DNA of 63,794 nucleotides, filler included, from Octopus bimaculoides (Eukaryota), in the NCBI RefSeq assembly GCF_001194135.2. It is 6 parts of 6 records of this genome, joined end to end, with 100 filler letters (N's around TTAATTAATTAA, not from the genome) between each part and the next. Parts side by side here need not be neighbours in the genome. Positions count along the whole stretch, not along the records: positions 62,627 to 63,794 come from NW_026429784.1; 5 more parts are not named here. One strand, given 5' to 3'. The translations under genes and the position numbers were made by a program. Below are positions 62,970 to 63,794 of this stretch, piece after piece. The notes beneath the pieces were generated by a model, which was given only the letters and a program-made list of their open reading frames with translations, was not told where the DNA came from and made no database searches. Position 1 is the first letter of the stretch. Every line of letters starts with the position of its first letter.

Positions 62970-63545
62970 AAAATCTATGTAGACACACACATACACAAAC
63001 ACAGGCACACACACACACTCACACACACATGAACACACACACATACACGCACACATACACACAATACTCACACACACATACGCGCGCGCGCACATACGCG
63101 CGCCTACATACACGCATACACGCACACATACACACATACAGCAAACATACATACACACATATACACACACATACACGCACACACCCACATAGACACACAC
63201 ACGCATACACGCGAATACACACATACACGCACGCACACATACACGCACACATACATACACATATACATACATACACACACACATACACGGACACATATAC
63301 ACATACACACACATACACACATACACTCATACACGCACACATATACACACACACGTACATACACACACAGGCATATTTTATTTACACACAAATCTATATT
63401 TCCGATGTATGTGTGCATGTGTGTATATGCTGATTGTATGCATGTATATATGTATGTATGTATGCATGTATGCATGTATGTATGTATGTGTATGTGCGTG
63501 CATGTGCATGTGTGTATGCGTGCGTACGCGCGTGCATGTCTATTC
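62970..63545. repeat. Degenerate (CA)n followed by (TG/TATG)n tract
   Basis: Direct reading; explains ORFs 62967-63600. Confidence 0.92.
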
Positions 63546-63794
63546 TTTCGTACAGGGAGACATATTTGTAGGTATAAAATATATTCGCACGTTTGATTAG
63601 AAAAGAATCTTGCTAAAATGTCACAACTGATTTATCTCATTAGTTTATCAATTTTATTTTATCGCAATTACATAGTTTTACATATTCTTCGCAATGTATG
63701 GAAGAACGATCTCCTGTGGTGTTTAGAAGAGACATCGCTTTAACCCTTTAACATATACGTTGCTTTACAGTTCTTACGGTGCCAAAAAAAAAAA

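Overview
This is a eukaryotic, AT-rich, microsatellite-saturated scaffold segment with many N gaps. I infer a coleoid cephalopod (octopus-like) source from the repeat content, not from a database hit. I found no intact host protein-coding gene, rRNA, true tRNA or CRISPR, and nearly all listed ORFs are microsatellite or transposon artefacts. The window is a transposon graveyard. It holds three tRNA-derived SINE families, RTE LINE relics, R4/Dong-like and HERO-like RLE retrotransposon relics, and two Penelope-like GIY-YIG relics. It also holds Tigger and mariner transposase pseudogenes, a Helitron helicase C-terminus with its 3' end, a fold-back element carrying inverted TTAGGG repeats, and a palindromic MITE. 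The most notable observations are: (1) SINE concatemers with an exact 217-bp period and the same junction at two loci; (2) atypical minimal hammerhead-ribozyme-like motifs; (3) a 70-bp perfect telomeric palindrome at the centre of a fold-back element; (4) a roughly 17-kb CpG-depleted block with its own repeat inventory; (5) a 91-bp TC...CTAG Helitron module. All family assignments come from hand translation and recalled motifs and need database confirmation.
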